Positions 1 through 9,205 of a stretch of DNA of 64,000 nucleotides are shown here, piece by piece. Positions within the stretch are counted from its first letter, which is position 1. Each line of letters begins with the position of its first letter. Made by a program: the position numbers and the translations under genes. The stretch is from an uncultured delta proteobacterium (GTDB lineage Bacteria > Desulfobacterota > Desulfobacteria > Desulfobacterales > JAFDCJ01). The stretch covers positions 512,001 through 576,000 of the forward strand of contig CAVYNY010000022.1 in assembly GCA_963769935.1 (NCBI GenBank). The letters run 5' to 3'. A model generated the notes under the pieces. That model made no database searches and was not told the DNA's origin. It worked only from the letters and a program-made list of their open reading frames with translations.

Positions 1-125
1 CCGCAAATTCCGGCCAAATAGGTTTTAACGAGCACGTCTTCAGGACCGAGCCGAATTTCTCTTTCAACAAGGCCGATATCTTTGGGACCTCGCAACACCA
101 CAGCTTTTGTTTTCATTTTTTTCAT
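1..125 (-). CDS. Zn-dependent dehydrogenase (MDR family), N-terminus; runs off window edge
   Basis: Manual translation MKKMKTKAVVLRGPKDIGLVEREIRLGPEDVLVKTYLAGICG; typical MDR start ending in GICG. Confidence 0.75.
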   Translation of the reverse strand, partial: MKKMKTKAVVLRGPKDIGLVEREIRLGPEDVLVKTYLAGIC

Positions 126-142
126 TTGTCAAGTCAGCGTAT

Positions 143-604
143 TTATTGGTGATTATTAAGGCTTTTTGAATCGGTTTTTAACTTTCCGATAACAATGATG
201 ATGGCGACCAAGCCGGAAACCGGCAGAATAAAATAGACATATGCCATGGAAATTCGAAGCTGCATGGCATGTTGTTGAACGTTATTGATCGTGAAAAGAA
301 TACCCGACCAGGTAAACAAAATCAAAAATGCAAGTACGATGATATTCGCTGTCATAATAATAACCGCTCGAACCCCGGCCGGCATCCAATTTACAAAAAA
401 TTCCACCTTGACATGGATGCCTTCTTTAAACGCGACCGCCGCGCCTAAAAATACCAGCCAAAAAAAGCCGAAAAGAGCAATATCTTCCATGGCAATCATG
501 CTTTGGCCCAGAGTTCTGAGGACGATCTGAATTAAAATTGCACTTCCCATCACAATAAAAACACCCACGAGGATAAATTCACACGCTTTGGTGAGTCGCC
601 TCAT
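143..604 (-). CDS. dctQ: TRAP transporter small permease
   Basis: 153 aa, 4 TM segments, FLGAA..HVKVEFF motif, in TRAP cluster. Confidence 0.9.
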   Translation of the reverse strand: MRRLTKACEFILVGVFIVMGSAILIQIVLRTLGQSMIAMEDIALFGFFWLVFLGAAVAFKEGIHVKVEFFVNWMPAGVRAVIIMTANIIVLAFLILFTWSGILFTINNVQQHAMQLRISMAYVYFILPVSGLVAIIIVIGKLKTDSKSLNNHQ

Positions 605-652
605 TTAATTTATCAAAATAGATTGACCGGCGTTTCATGTCATCATCCTCTT

Positions 653-1939
653 TTACATTCCAAACAATGACGGAAACCATAGCGCCGTTCCGGGAATAAA
701 CCATATGATAAGCGCAACGGTCAAAATACCGAAGACAAAAGGAATTGAATCTTTGGCGATCGCTTCAACAGACAACCCGCTGACGCCCGATGCGACAAAT
801 AAACAAAGACCCACCGGCGGGGTCACCAGTCCGGCCGCCAAAATAACCATGTAAATCATGGCGCCTTGAATCGGATCGATACCGGATTTAAGCATAAGCG
901 GCGCGATTATCGGGCCTACCAGAAGAATGATAACCGATATGTCCATGATCATGCCGAGCAGCATGAATAAAGCGACCGTGATGATGATGAAGCGTTCCGG
1001 CGATCCACCGATGATCAGCAATTTTTCAGTAATAATCATCGGCACATCCATAATGGTAAGAACATAAGAAAAAAGTGAGCTGCCGGCCACAATGAAAAGA
1101 ACCATGGCTGACAGGGTTCCGGCCTTTAAAAATACTTTCGGAAGATCTCTTAAACTAAGTTCTTTATATATGAACATACTCAGGACGAGACAGTACAGGA
1201 CCGCAATTATGGCTGCCTCAGTCGGCGTAAAGAGACCCGAAACGATTCCACCGATAATTAAAAATGGCGCGATCAACGTCAAAATTCCATCTTTGGATTG
1301 AACAATTATTTCGCGCCAACGAAAACGGCTGGCGTTCACCATAACCTTTCCTGTACGAGATAATTGAACACAAAAATATCTGAATCAGCCCTATCAGGAT
1401 TCCGGGAACCATCCCTCCCAGAAAGAGATTGCCCAGAGATACGCCGGATACGAAACTCCAGAGCACCATCGGAATTGAGGGCGGAATTATCATGCCGATG
1501 CAGGAAGATGAAGCCGTGACGGCCGCCGAAAACGGTCCTGAATAGTTCTGGCGTCTCATGGCGGGGATCAGAATAGATCCTAAAGCGGAGGTATCCGCCG
1601 AAGCCGAACCGGTAATTCCGCCAAAAAGCATACTGGCCAACACGTTGACCGCCGCCAGCCCTCCGGGAAGAAATCCCACCAGCGCACTGGCAAAGGCAAC
1701 GATACGACGTGTCAAGCCGCCGCTTTCCATGATGGCTCCGGCAAGCATAAAAAAGGGAATCGCCAATAAAACCCAGCTTCTGGTCACCCCGTACATACGC
1801 TGCGCAATGATCTCAATCGCCGTAGAACCTTCATGAATGAAAAGCGCCATTACGGCGGAAAACGCGAGCGCAACGGCAATCGGCACCCGCATAAAAGAAA
1901 CAAGACCATCAAAATAAGCATCAAGATCCAGGGTTCCAT
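653..1939 (-). CDS. dctM: TRAP transporter large permease, frameshifted near 1900 and 1320
   Basis: ORFs 1218-1892 (LAIPFFMLAG, GITGSASAD, IIPPS) and 653-1342 (FTPTEAA, TPPVG) are two halves; likely start MEPWILM at 1939. Confidence 0.85.
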
Positions 1940-2032
1940 GATATTTATTTACAGTTTTCCCTGTCGTTATCGAGGCATATAATGGTTATTAAACGAAAGC
2001 CGAATTTAAAAAATGCCGCCGTGCAATATAAT

Positions 2033-2063
2033 TTACGCCGCCGGTCAACGGTCGGCGGCGTAA
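2033..2063 (-). terminator. Hairpin just downstream of dctP (terminator or mRNA stabiliser)
   Basis: TTACGCCGCCG-9 nt-CGGCGGCGTAA inverted repeat. Confidence 0.55.
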
Positions 2064-2072
2064 TTAATGATT

Positions 2073-3059
2073 TTATTTTACATTGACAATGGCCTCCACC
2101 CATTTGGGGCCATATACTTCTTTCAACTGCGGAACGCAGACCTCATAAAATATCTTAAGAAAAGCGTCCAGGTCGATATCTTTTTCCTCCGCCACAATCA
2201 TGCCTTTGGATTTAACCAGATCGATATATTCCTTCTCCTGAGCTAAGCCCAGCGCCGGAACCATAATCGCAGTTTCTTTCGCTGCCGCCATAATTATTTC
2301 CTGCTGGGCGGAATCCAGGCGGCCCCATGCTTTCCTGCTGAGGGTCACGATGTGCGGCGGCAAACCGTAGGGCAGCAATGAGACATATTTCTGTACTTCA
2401 TAGAATTTAGAACCAACGATATGGGAAAATGGATTGTGCTGGCCATCGACAACCTTGCGCGAAAGCGCCATATACAGCTCGGCGAAATCCATCGGAACCG
2501 GCACGGCTCCCATCGCCTTGGTCACAATACTGTATGCCGGAACATTGGGATCTCGGATTTTGAGGCCCTTCATATCTGCCGGTTTCAGAATGGGACGCAC
2601 GCTGTTGGTAGGTCGTCGGAACGACCCGTGCGGGAAGAATAAAAAGCGGTTTCACACCAAGCTCTTGTTCTACAGCTGCCATTAATTCTTGGCCGACAGG
2701 TCCGGTAACAACTTTAGTGAAGTGGTCAAAATCGCGATATATAAAGGGGGCCTGGAACACACCGGCCCAAGGCAAAAAGCGTTCCCATGTACCCGCTATC
2801 AGACCGTCTATGGTTCCGGATTTCACGCCTTCCTGCAATTGCTGTTCAGATCCCAATGTCGCAGAATGATAAAGCTTAATTTCTATATCGCCTTTGCTTT
2901 TGTAGGCAACTAAAGCGGCAAAGACCTCACCACCTTGCTGCTGAGGGCTGATGGGAGCACCGACATGCCCGATTTTTATCGTAACTTTAGCACTTGAGGG
3001 CAATGCTGCCACGGCAAATATAATTAACAAAGCAACGAAAAAACGACAATTTTTTTCAT
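2073..3059 (-). CDS. dctP: TRAP transporter substrate-binding protein, frameshifted
   Basis: ORFs 2407-3030 (LGSEQQLQEGVKSGTID) and 2073-2600 (DMKGLKIR, GAVPVPMDFAELYMAL, VDGQHNP); signal-peptide start MKKIVVFSLL at 3059 is out of frame. Confidence 0.85.
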
Positions 3060-3303
3060 GATAAATATCCCTTTCCTAATTTTTAAGTTTAGGATATGGT
3101 GATTGAAGATGACCAAATGACAGCGATGTTTATCCACCTCCTTTTCCTTGGAATTTAACCTCTAAATTTGTCGGCTGCGGTCGATTCATTTTTAACATTT
3201 TCAATTTGCCTTCACCGCCGGATCGCAAAAAAATTAAGCTCAAAATTCAAGATGAGACTAAATAAAGTGAAGATTGAATCGATTCAGAGTTTCCATCAAT
3301 TCC

Positions 3304-3954
3304 TCAAGGGCACGCTCCCGGTGTTGCCGATAAATTTTGCGGGCCTTGACGGCGATCCCCTTCAAGCAACGCGTTGACATGATCTCGATGCTCTTTGGTC
3401 GACTGTATCGGTTTTTTGCGCAGCAACAGCGTGACGCGGGTCAACCGATGTTCTTGATCCATGAAGGTTAAGCCGATGTTGAGCAAACGTTTGTTTTTGC
3501 ATAAGCGCAGAAGAGATTTGTGAAAGCGTGTATTGGCAGCAGCCCACGCATCCAGATCATCAGCCTGCATGGCCTTTTCCATCGCCGCTGCAGCACTGTC
3601 CAAGGGGGCGACCTCTTTCCGTGTAGGTTTTCTGCTCGCTATGATCGAAACCGCTTCACATTCGATCGCATTCAAGACTTCGTAAATCTCGCGCATGTCG
3701 GACGGGCGCAATGGCAGAACGCGCATACCTCGCCTTGGTTTGAGCTCAATCAGCCCTTCATTTTGAAGGCGAACCAACGCCTCGCGCACGGGGGTTCGGC
3801 TCATATTCAGCATATTTGCGAGATCTTGCTCGAAGGCCTGGAAACCGGGCGGCATTCTGTTTTCCATTATCTCCTTTTTAAGCCGGTAGTAGGCCTGGTC
3901 CGTCAAGGAATTGCGAGGTTTGCCGCCTGTGATGTTAATTTCCGAAGTCTGCAT
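3304..3954 (-). CDS. GntR-family regulator (FadR/FCD type)
   Basis: wHTH EQDLANMLNMSRTPVREALVRL; FCD motifs NTRFH and KEHRDHV. Confidence 0.92.
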   Translation of the reverse strand: MQTSEINITGGKPRNSLTDQAYYRLKKEIMENRMPPGFQAFEQDLANMLNMSRTPVREALVRLQNEGLIELKPRRGMRVLPLRPSDMREIYEVLNAIECEAVSIIASRKPTRKEVAPLDSAAAAMEKAMQADDLDAWAAANTRFHKSLLRLCKNKRLLNIGLTFMDQEHRLTRVTLLLRKKPIQSTKEHRDHVNALLEGDRRQGPQNLSATPGACP

Positions 3955-4037
3955 CTGAATTGATCGGGTCTTCCAAATCTATTTTATCTTAGAATTTTTG
4001 GTTGGTCGTTTTTGATCAACGGCAATTTATGAATCCG

Positions 4038-4074
4038 TTGTCGTACACATTAATAAATTTATTATTGTATACAT
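4038..4074. promoter_or_regulatory. Putative GntR operator sites upstream of the regulator
   Basis: Palindrome TGTATACA (4066-4073) and related TTGTCGTACA (4038-4047), resembling FadR-subfamily boxes. Confidence 0.45.
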
Positions 4075-4227
4075 TAAATAGATTTTACTGATACCAATCG
4101 AAAAGAAGCGTGTCAACATTTATATGAAGTATTCTGGAAAATTTGGGGGAGAAACCCGACACGATATTAACGAAGCCGTCTGCATTCCTATGAGCTGAAT
4201 GCCCACAAGGTTTGAATATGGCAACCG

Positions 4228-4470
4228 CTATTCAATTTTTACGCCCGCCCGGCTGATGACGGCGCAGGAAAACGGACCGGAGATTTCAGCATTGATTTCA
4301 GCTTGTTTTTCCAGATTTGAGCGTATCTCGGTCAATATGTCTTCCAAGGGCCTATTTTCTTTGCTCAGCTGATCGAGTCTGTATTCAAGCCGAATAAGCC
4401 TTGGTACCGAGTAGGCCGAAGATATTTCATCGCCGTCCAGTTGCGGTAATTTCATTTTGGTCCAAAGCAA
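4228..4470 (-). CDS. Hypothetical protein, N-terminus possibly frameshifted
   Basis: 80-aa ORF of protein-like composition, no recognised motif. Confidence 0.35.
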   Translation of the reverse strand: MLWTKMKLPQLDGDEISSAYSVPRLIRLEYRLDQLSKENRPLEDILTEIRSNLEKQAEINAEISGPFSCAVISRAGVKIE

Positions 4471-4702
4471 ATAGAGTTGAAAGGGTTTTTGGTCGCTTTT
4501 CCATTCGAATTGGATTTAAAAGTCGAATATCGAAAAAATTACTACGCTTCATATAATATAAACCCGTTGTCAAGCCCAGTGGCGAGGAACCCGGTCTAAA
4601 AATACAGCCTCTTGCCAAAAGCCCTTACATCATGTACACAAGCGCTGATTTAACTATTTTATTCACCGTGCTTCCGGCACCGGATTATTTTTAGAGGAAA
4701 CT

Positions 4703-6157
4703 ATGCATTTTTTTTCGGTATTCAGTCTTGTGACAATGGCGCATGTGCTGATCACAATCAGCGTGTCCCTCCGGGTAATCAAGGTACGGCTTCCGGTGGC
4801 GACATCTCTGGCCTGGATGATCCTGGTATTCTTCCTACCCGTGGTGGGAGCAGCTGCCTACCTGGTGCTGGGTGAAAAGCGTCTGGGGAAAAAATTTGCG
4901 GCGCGTACACAGGTCATTAAGGGACGTTATGACAGCTGGCTGAAAAAGCTGCCGCCGGAAATTCGGTCCGACCCGCAGCGCTTGAGTCCCCAGGCCCGGT
5001 CCCTCATCCGCCTGGCCGCAACTACCGTGAATATTCCGGCCCTGTCCGGCAACCGGCTTCAACTGCTCGACGCGGCCGAACCGATTCTGCGCGCTATTAT
5101 CGAGGACATCGACCGCGCCGCTCGATTCTGCCACCTGGAGTTTTACATCTGGACTGAGGGCGGTATGGCGGACGACGTGGGGGCGGCCCTTTTGCGAGCG
5201 GCCGGCCGCGGCGTTGCCTGTCGCGTGCTGCTGGATGCCGTCGGAAGCGCCCGCTTCCTGAAAGGCCGTCTGGTGGAGCAGCTCAAAGCCGGCGGCGTCG
5301 AAGTGGCCTTCGCCCTGCCGGTCAGCTCGATCAGTGTATTCAAAGTGCGGCCGGACCTGCGGCTGCATCGGAAAATCGTAGTCATCGATGACACGGCAGG
5401 CTACACGGGCAGCTTTAATCTGGTGGATCCCCGCTTTTTCAAACAGGATGCCGGCGTCGGGCAATGGGTTGACGCCATGGTGCGTCTCGAGGGGCCGGGT
5501 GTCTTTGCGCTGAACGCGCTCTTCCGGTGGGACTGGGAGGTGGAGACCGGATGCGATCTGGACGCTCAGGCCGCAGGCGGAGGCTTCCCGGCCGACATCC
5601 GGGCCGGTGAGAGCGACGTGCAGGTGATTCCTTCCGGTCCGGGCTTGACCGGCAACACTATTTATCAAATACTGCTGATGTCCATCTATTCCGCCCGGCG
5701 TGAAGTCGTTATGACCACGCCCTACTTCGTGCCCGACGAAGCAGTCGGTACGGCCCTTTTGACAGCGGCTGAGCGCGGCGTCAAGGTCACGATCATCGTG
5801 CCGGAACGCAACGATTCCCGGCTGGTGCACTATACCTGCCGTTCCTACTTTGATGATATGCTGGCCGCCGGCGTTCGCATTTTCGAATTTAAGGGCGGGC
5901 TGCTGCACACCAAAAGTGTTGTGGTAGACGGGCAGCTGGCGTTGTTCGGCTCGGTCAATCTCGATATCCGCAGTTTCTGGCTGGATTTCGAAGTGACCCT
6001 TGGCGTGTATGACCCGGAGTTCGCACACCGGCTATTGGCATTGCAAGACCAGTATATTCAGCAGGCCATACCTGTGGATCGGCAAACCTGGCAGCAGCGT
6101 GCGGGCAGGGAGCGCTTTTTTGAAAACCTGGCCCGGCTCGCCAGTCCGCTGCTCTAA
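4703..6157 (+). CDS. cls: Cardiolipin synthase
   Basis: Two N-terminal TMs and two HKD motifs (HRKIVVID, HTKSVVVD). Confidence 0.95.
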   Translation: MHFFSVFSLVTMAHVLITISVSLRVIKVRLPVATSLAWMILVFFLPVVGAAAYLVLGEKRLGKKFAARTQVIKGRYDSWLKKLPPEIRSDPQRLSPQARSLIRLAATTVNIPALSGNRLQLLDAAEPILRAIIEDIDRAARFCHLEFYIWTEGGMADDVGAALLRAAGRGVACRVLLDAVGSARFLKGRLVEQLKAGGVEVAFALPVSSISVFKVRPDLRLHRKIVVIDDTAGYTGSFNLVDPRFFKQDAGVGQWVDAMVRLEGPGVFALNALFRWDWEVETGCDLDAQAAGGGFPADIRAGESDVQVIPSGPGLTGNTIYQILLMSIYSARREVVMTTPYFVPDEAVGTALLTAAERGVKVTIIVPERNDSRLVHYTCRSYFDDMLAAGVRIFEFKGGLLHTKSVVVDGQLALFGSVNLDIRSFWLDFEVTLGVYDPEFAHRLLALQDQYIQQAIPVDRQTWQQRAGRERFFENLARLASPLL

Positions 6158-6198
6158 AAACCACAAATGCGCCGATACGGGAAACGGGTCAAACCTAA

Positions 6199-6354
6199 GG
6201 GCTCACTCAAAAATAACTTCACATTTTATACGCCGCTGCATCTCTTGCGGCTGCGTTGCGAAAGCTCGGAATATCCAGATATTCCTGCGTTTTCGCGCCT
6301 TGCCGCCAGAGCGCCGCAACGCCTAAAGCTGTGAATTAATTTTTTCGTGAACCC
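6199..6354. mobile_element. 156-bp MITE copy 1
   Basis: Imperfect TIRs GGGCTCACTCAAAAATAACTTCACA / TGTGAATTAATTTTTTCGTGAACCC, TAA on both flanks, similar copy at 33567-33722. Confidence 0.8.
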
Positions 6355-6430
6355 TAAACCGGTTGATGCGGCCCCGCTTTCGACAATTCGGTCGCGCGGG
6401 CCGCAAGTTTATCCGCTGTCTTCACGCTTT

Positions 6431-8953
6431 TCACCTTTTGGCTGGCAACGCCGGCTGGTCAGCCGTTGGCGTCTTTTCGATGGGCACGGCCTCGGCGTGC
6501 CAGATATCCCGGTTGTATTCCTGAATCGTGCGGTCGGATGAAAACTTTCCGATCCGGGCGACATTCAAAATGGATTTGCGGGTCCAGGCCTCCGGGTCAC
6601 CATACAAGGTGTCGATTTCCATCTGGGCGCGCTGGTAGGCTTCAAAATCGGCCAAAACCAGATAGCGGTCCTCATTCATGAGCAGGTCCATCAGCGGCTG
6701 GAACAAGCTGCGGTCATCCGGGCAAAAGAAACCCTCACGAATCAGATCGATGGCCTGTTTGAGCGCGGGAATGTTCTGGTAAAACTCATGCGGCCGGTGG
6801 GAAGATCTCTGGTCGGCGACTTCCTCGGCGGTGAGTCCGAAGATGAATATATTTTCAGCTCCGACTTCCTCCATGATCTCGATGTTGGCGCCGTCCAGTG
6901 TTCCAACGGTAAGTGCGCCGTTCAGGGCGAACTTCATGTTGCTGGTCCCCGAAGCCTCGTAGCCGGCAGTGGAAATCTGTTCGGACACATCCGCGGCCGG
7001 ATAAATGATCTCGGCCGTCGAGACCCGGTAGTTGGGGATAAACACCACTTTAAGGGACCGGTTGGTGGAGGTATCGCGGTTGATCATATCGGCTGCATGG
7101 CAGATGAACTGGATGATCGATTTAGCAGTGAGGTAGGCGGGCGCGGCTTTGCCGCCGAAAAAGAAGGTGCGGGGTTGGATCTGAAAGTCTTTTTCCTCCT
7201 TGAGCTTCAGCCAGAGACAGACAATATGCAAAATATTGAGCAGCTGGCGTTTGTACTCATGGATACGTTTGACCTGTACATCGAAAAGCGAATCGGGGTC
7301 CGGGCGCACGCCGGCCAGCTTAAAAGCCAGACCGGCCAGCCGTTGTTTGTTGCGGCGTTTGATTTCGCGCCACTCCCGGTGGAAGTCGGGATCTCCGACC
7401 AGGGACTCGATTTTCCTGAGTTCGTAAAGGTCTTTGATCCAGTGATCGCCGATGTGCCGGGTGATCAAGGCCGCTAATTCCGGATTGGCGGCCAGAAGCC
7501 AGCGGCGTTGTGTGATCCCGTTGGTCTTGTTGGTGAAACGCCCAGGGTACATCTCGTTGAAATTGCTGAGCTCTTTTTCCTGCAGCAGGCGGCTGTGAAG
7601 CTCGGCTACACCATTGACCGCGTGGGAGCCGACGATGGCAAGGTGCGCCATGCGCACCCGCTGCTCAGGTCCCTCCTCGATCAGCGACATGCTGCGCAGG
7701 CGTTCCGGTTGGCGCATAAAGCTAATGGAGACGTCTTTTAGGAAGCGTCGGTTGATTTCATGTACAATCTGAAGATGCCGCGGTAAAAGCTTGCCGAGCA
7801 TGGAGACCGGCCATTTTTCCAAAGCCTCGGATAAAAGTGTATGGTTGGTGTAGGCGCAGGTACGGGTGGTCAGGTCCCAGGCATTCTCCCAGCTCATGCC
7901 ATAGTTGTCCAAAAAAAGGCGCATCAGCTCGGTGACAGCCAGCGCCGGGTGGGTGTCGTTGAGCTGGATCGCGACTTTGTCGGGGAAGGCTTCGAAGGTG
8001 TCATGGGTAACCAGGTAACGCCGAATGATGTCTTTAATGGAACAGGATACAAAAAAGTACTGCTGTTTCAATCGGAGCTCGCGGCCTTCGTAGAATTCAT
8101 CATTGGGATAGAGAACCTTTGAAATGTTCTCGGAAACGTTTTTTTCCTCCACGGCCTTGAGATAGTCTCCGTGCTGAAAATAGTTCAAATCGAATTCGTT
8201 GGACGCCCTGGCCGACCATAATCTCAGGGTATTGACCGTGTTGTTGTTGTATCCGGCGATGGGGATGTCGTAGGGAATGCCGACGACATCGCTGGTGTCG
8301 GTCCACTCGCTTTGGATCCGTCCGTCCGGCAGGGTGACCTGTTTGACCCGGCCGTAAAAGTGCACCGTAAAGATGTATTCCGGATGGGAAATCTCCCACG
8401 GATCGCTGTAGCGGAGCCAGTTTTCGGGAAGTTCCACCTGCCGCAGGTTTCGAATCTCCTGGTCGAAAATACCAAACTCGTAACGAATGCCGTATCCGAC
8501 GGCCGGCAGTTCGAGGGTTGCCATCGAATCCAGAAAGCAAGCCGCCAGGCGGCCAAGGCCCCCGTTGCCCAGCCCCATGTCCGGCTCCTGGTCGACGAGT
8601 TCCTCCAAATCGATTTTCAGCTCCTGCATGGCTTTGCAGGTTTCCTGGTACATATCCAGGTTGATCAGGTTGTTGATCAAAAGGCGGCCCATCAGGTATT
8701 CAGCCGACAGGTAATACACGCGTTTAACATCCGCCTTGTAATACTGCTGCTGGGTTTTGATCCAGCGCTCGATTAAACGATCACGGGCCGAAAGCGCCAG
8801 CGCAAGATAGAGATCGCGCGTCGTGGCGGTATACTGGTCCTTGGACAGCGAATATTCCAGGTGGCTGGCGAAGGACAACTCTATGCCCTGCGCATCCATG
8901 CCTTTGTGGTAAGTTCCCCAAGACTGGAACAGCTTGCTATTTTTCATGGTCAT
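6431..8953 (-). CDS. glgP: Glycogen/alpha-glucan phosphorylase
   Basis: GLGNGGLGRLAACFLDS, QLNDTHP, EASGTSNMKF (PLP lysine). Confidence 0.97.
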   Translation of the reverse strand: MTMKNSKLFQSWGTYHKGMDAQGIELSFASHLEYSLSKDQYTATTRDLYLALALSARDRLIERWIKTQQQYYKADVKRVYYLSAEYLMGRLLINNLINLDMYQETCKAMQELKIDLEELVDQEPDMGLGNGGLGRLAACFLDSMATLELPAVGYGIRYEFGIFDQEIRNLRQVELPENWLRYSDPWEISHPEYIFTVHFYGRVKQVTLPDGRIQSEWTDTSDVVGIPYDIPIAGYNNNTVNTLRLWSARASNEFDLNYFQHGDYLKAVEEKNVSENISKVLYPNDEFYEGRELRLKQQYFFVSCSIKDIIRRYLVTHDTFEAFPDKVAIQLNDTHPALAVTELMRLFLDNYGMSWENAWDLTTRTCAYTNHTLLSEALEKWPVSMLGKLLPRHLQIVHEINRRFLKDVSISFMRQPERLRSMSLIEEGPEQRVRMAHLAIVGSHAVNGVAELHSRLLQEKELSNFNEMYPGRFTNKTNGITQRRWLLAANPELAALITRHIGDHWIKDLYELRKIESLVGDPDFHREWREIKRRNKQRLAGLAFKLAGVRPDPDSLFDVQVKRIHEYKRQLLNILHIVCLWLKLKEEKDFQIQPRTFFFGGKAAPAYLTAKSIIQFICHAADMINRDTSTNRSLKVVFIPNYRVSTAEIIYPAADVSEQISTAGYEASGTSNMKFALNGALTVGTLDGANIEIMEEVGAENIFIFGLTAEEVADQRSSHRPHEFYQNIPALKQAIDLIREGFFCPDDRSLFQPLMDLLMNEDRYLVLADFEAYQRAQMEIDTLYGDPEAWTRKSILNVARIGKFSSDRTIQEYNRDIWHAEAVPIEKTPTADQPALPAKR

Positions 8954-9205
8954 CTCCCCGGGATTAAATTTTGTAAGCTACCAATCGATAATGGCGCATG
9001 CAGATCGATAAATATTAATTCTATAACGACGCCTGCAAACAGTCAATGGAGCTTTGGCGGGCTGATAGAACATTAAAAGTCATCGGCCATGCGGTAGGTT
9101 GGCCTTTGTCAAATGGGATGGCCGGAAAAAAAGAAGCCGGCTGAGAGTAAAGAATCCTGGCCTATAGGATCAGGTTTTCAATGTTGGAATACACTCAACC
9201 CGGGT

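Noticed and set aside
4835..6028. 397-aa antisense ORF
   Set aside because: Shadow of cls on the opposite strand in GC-rich sequence; no motifs
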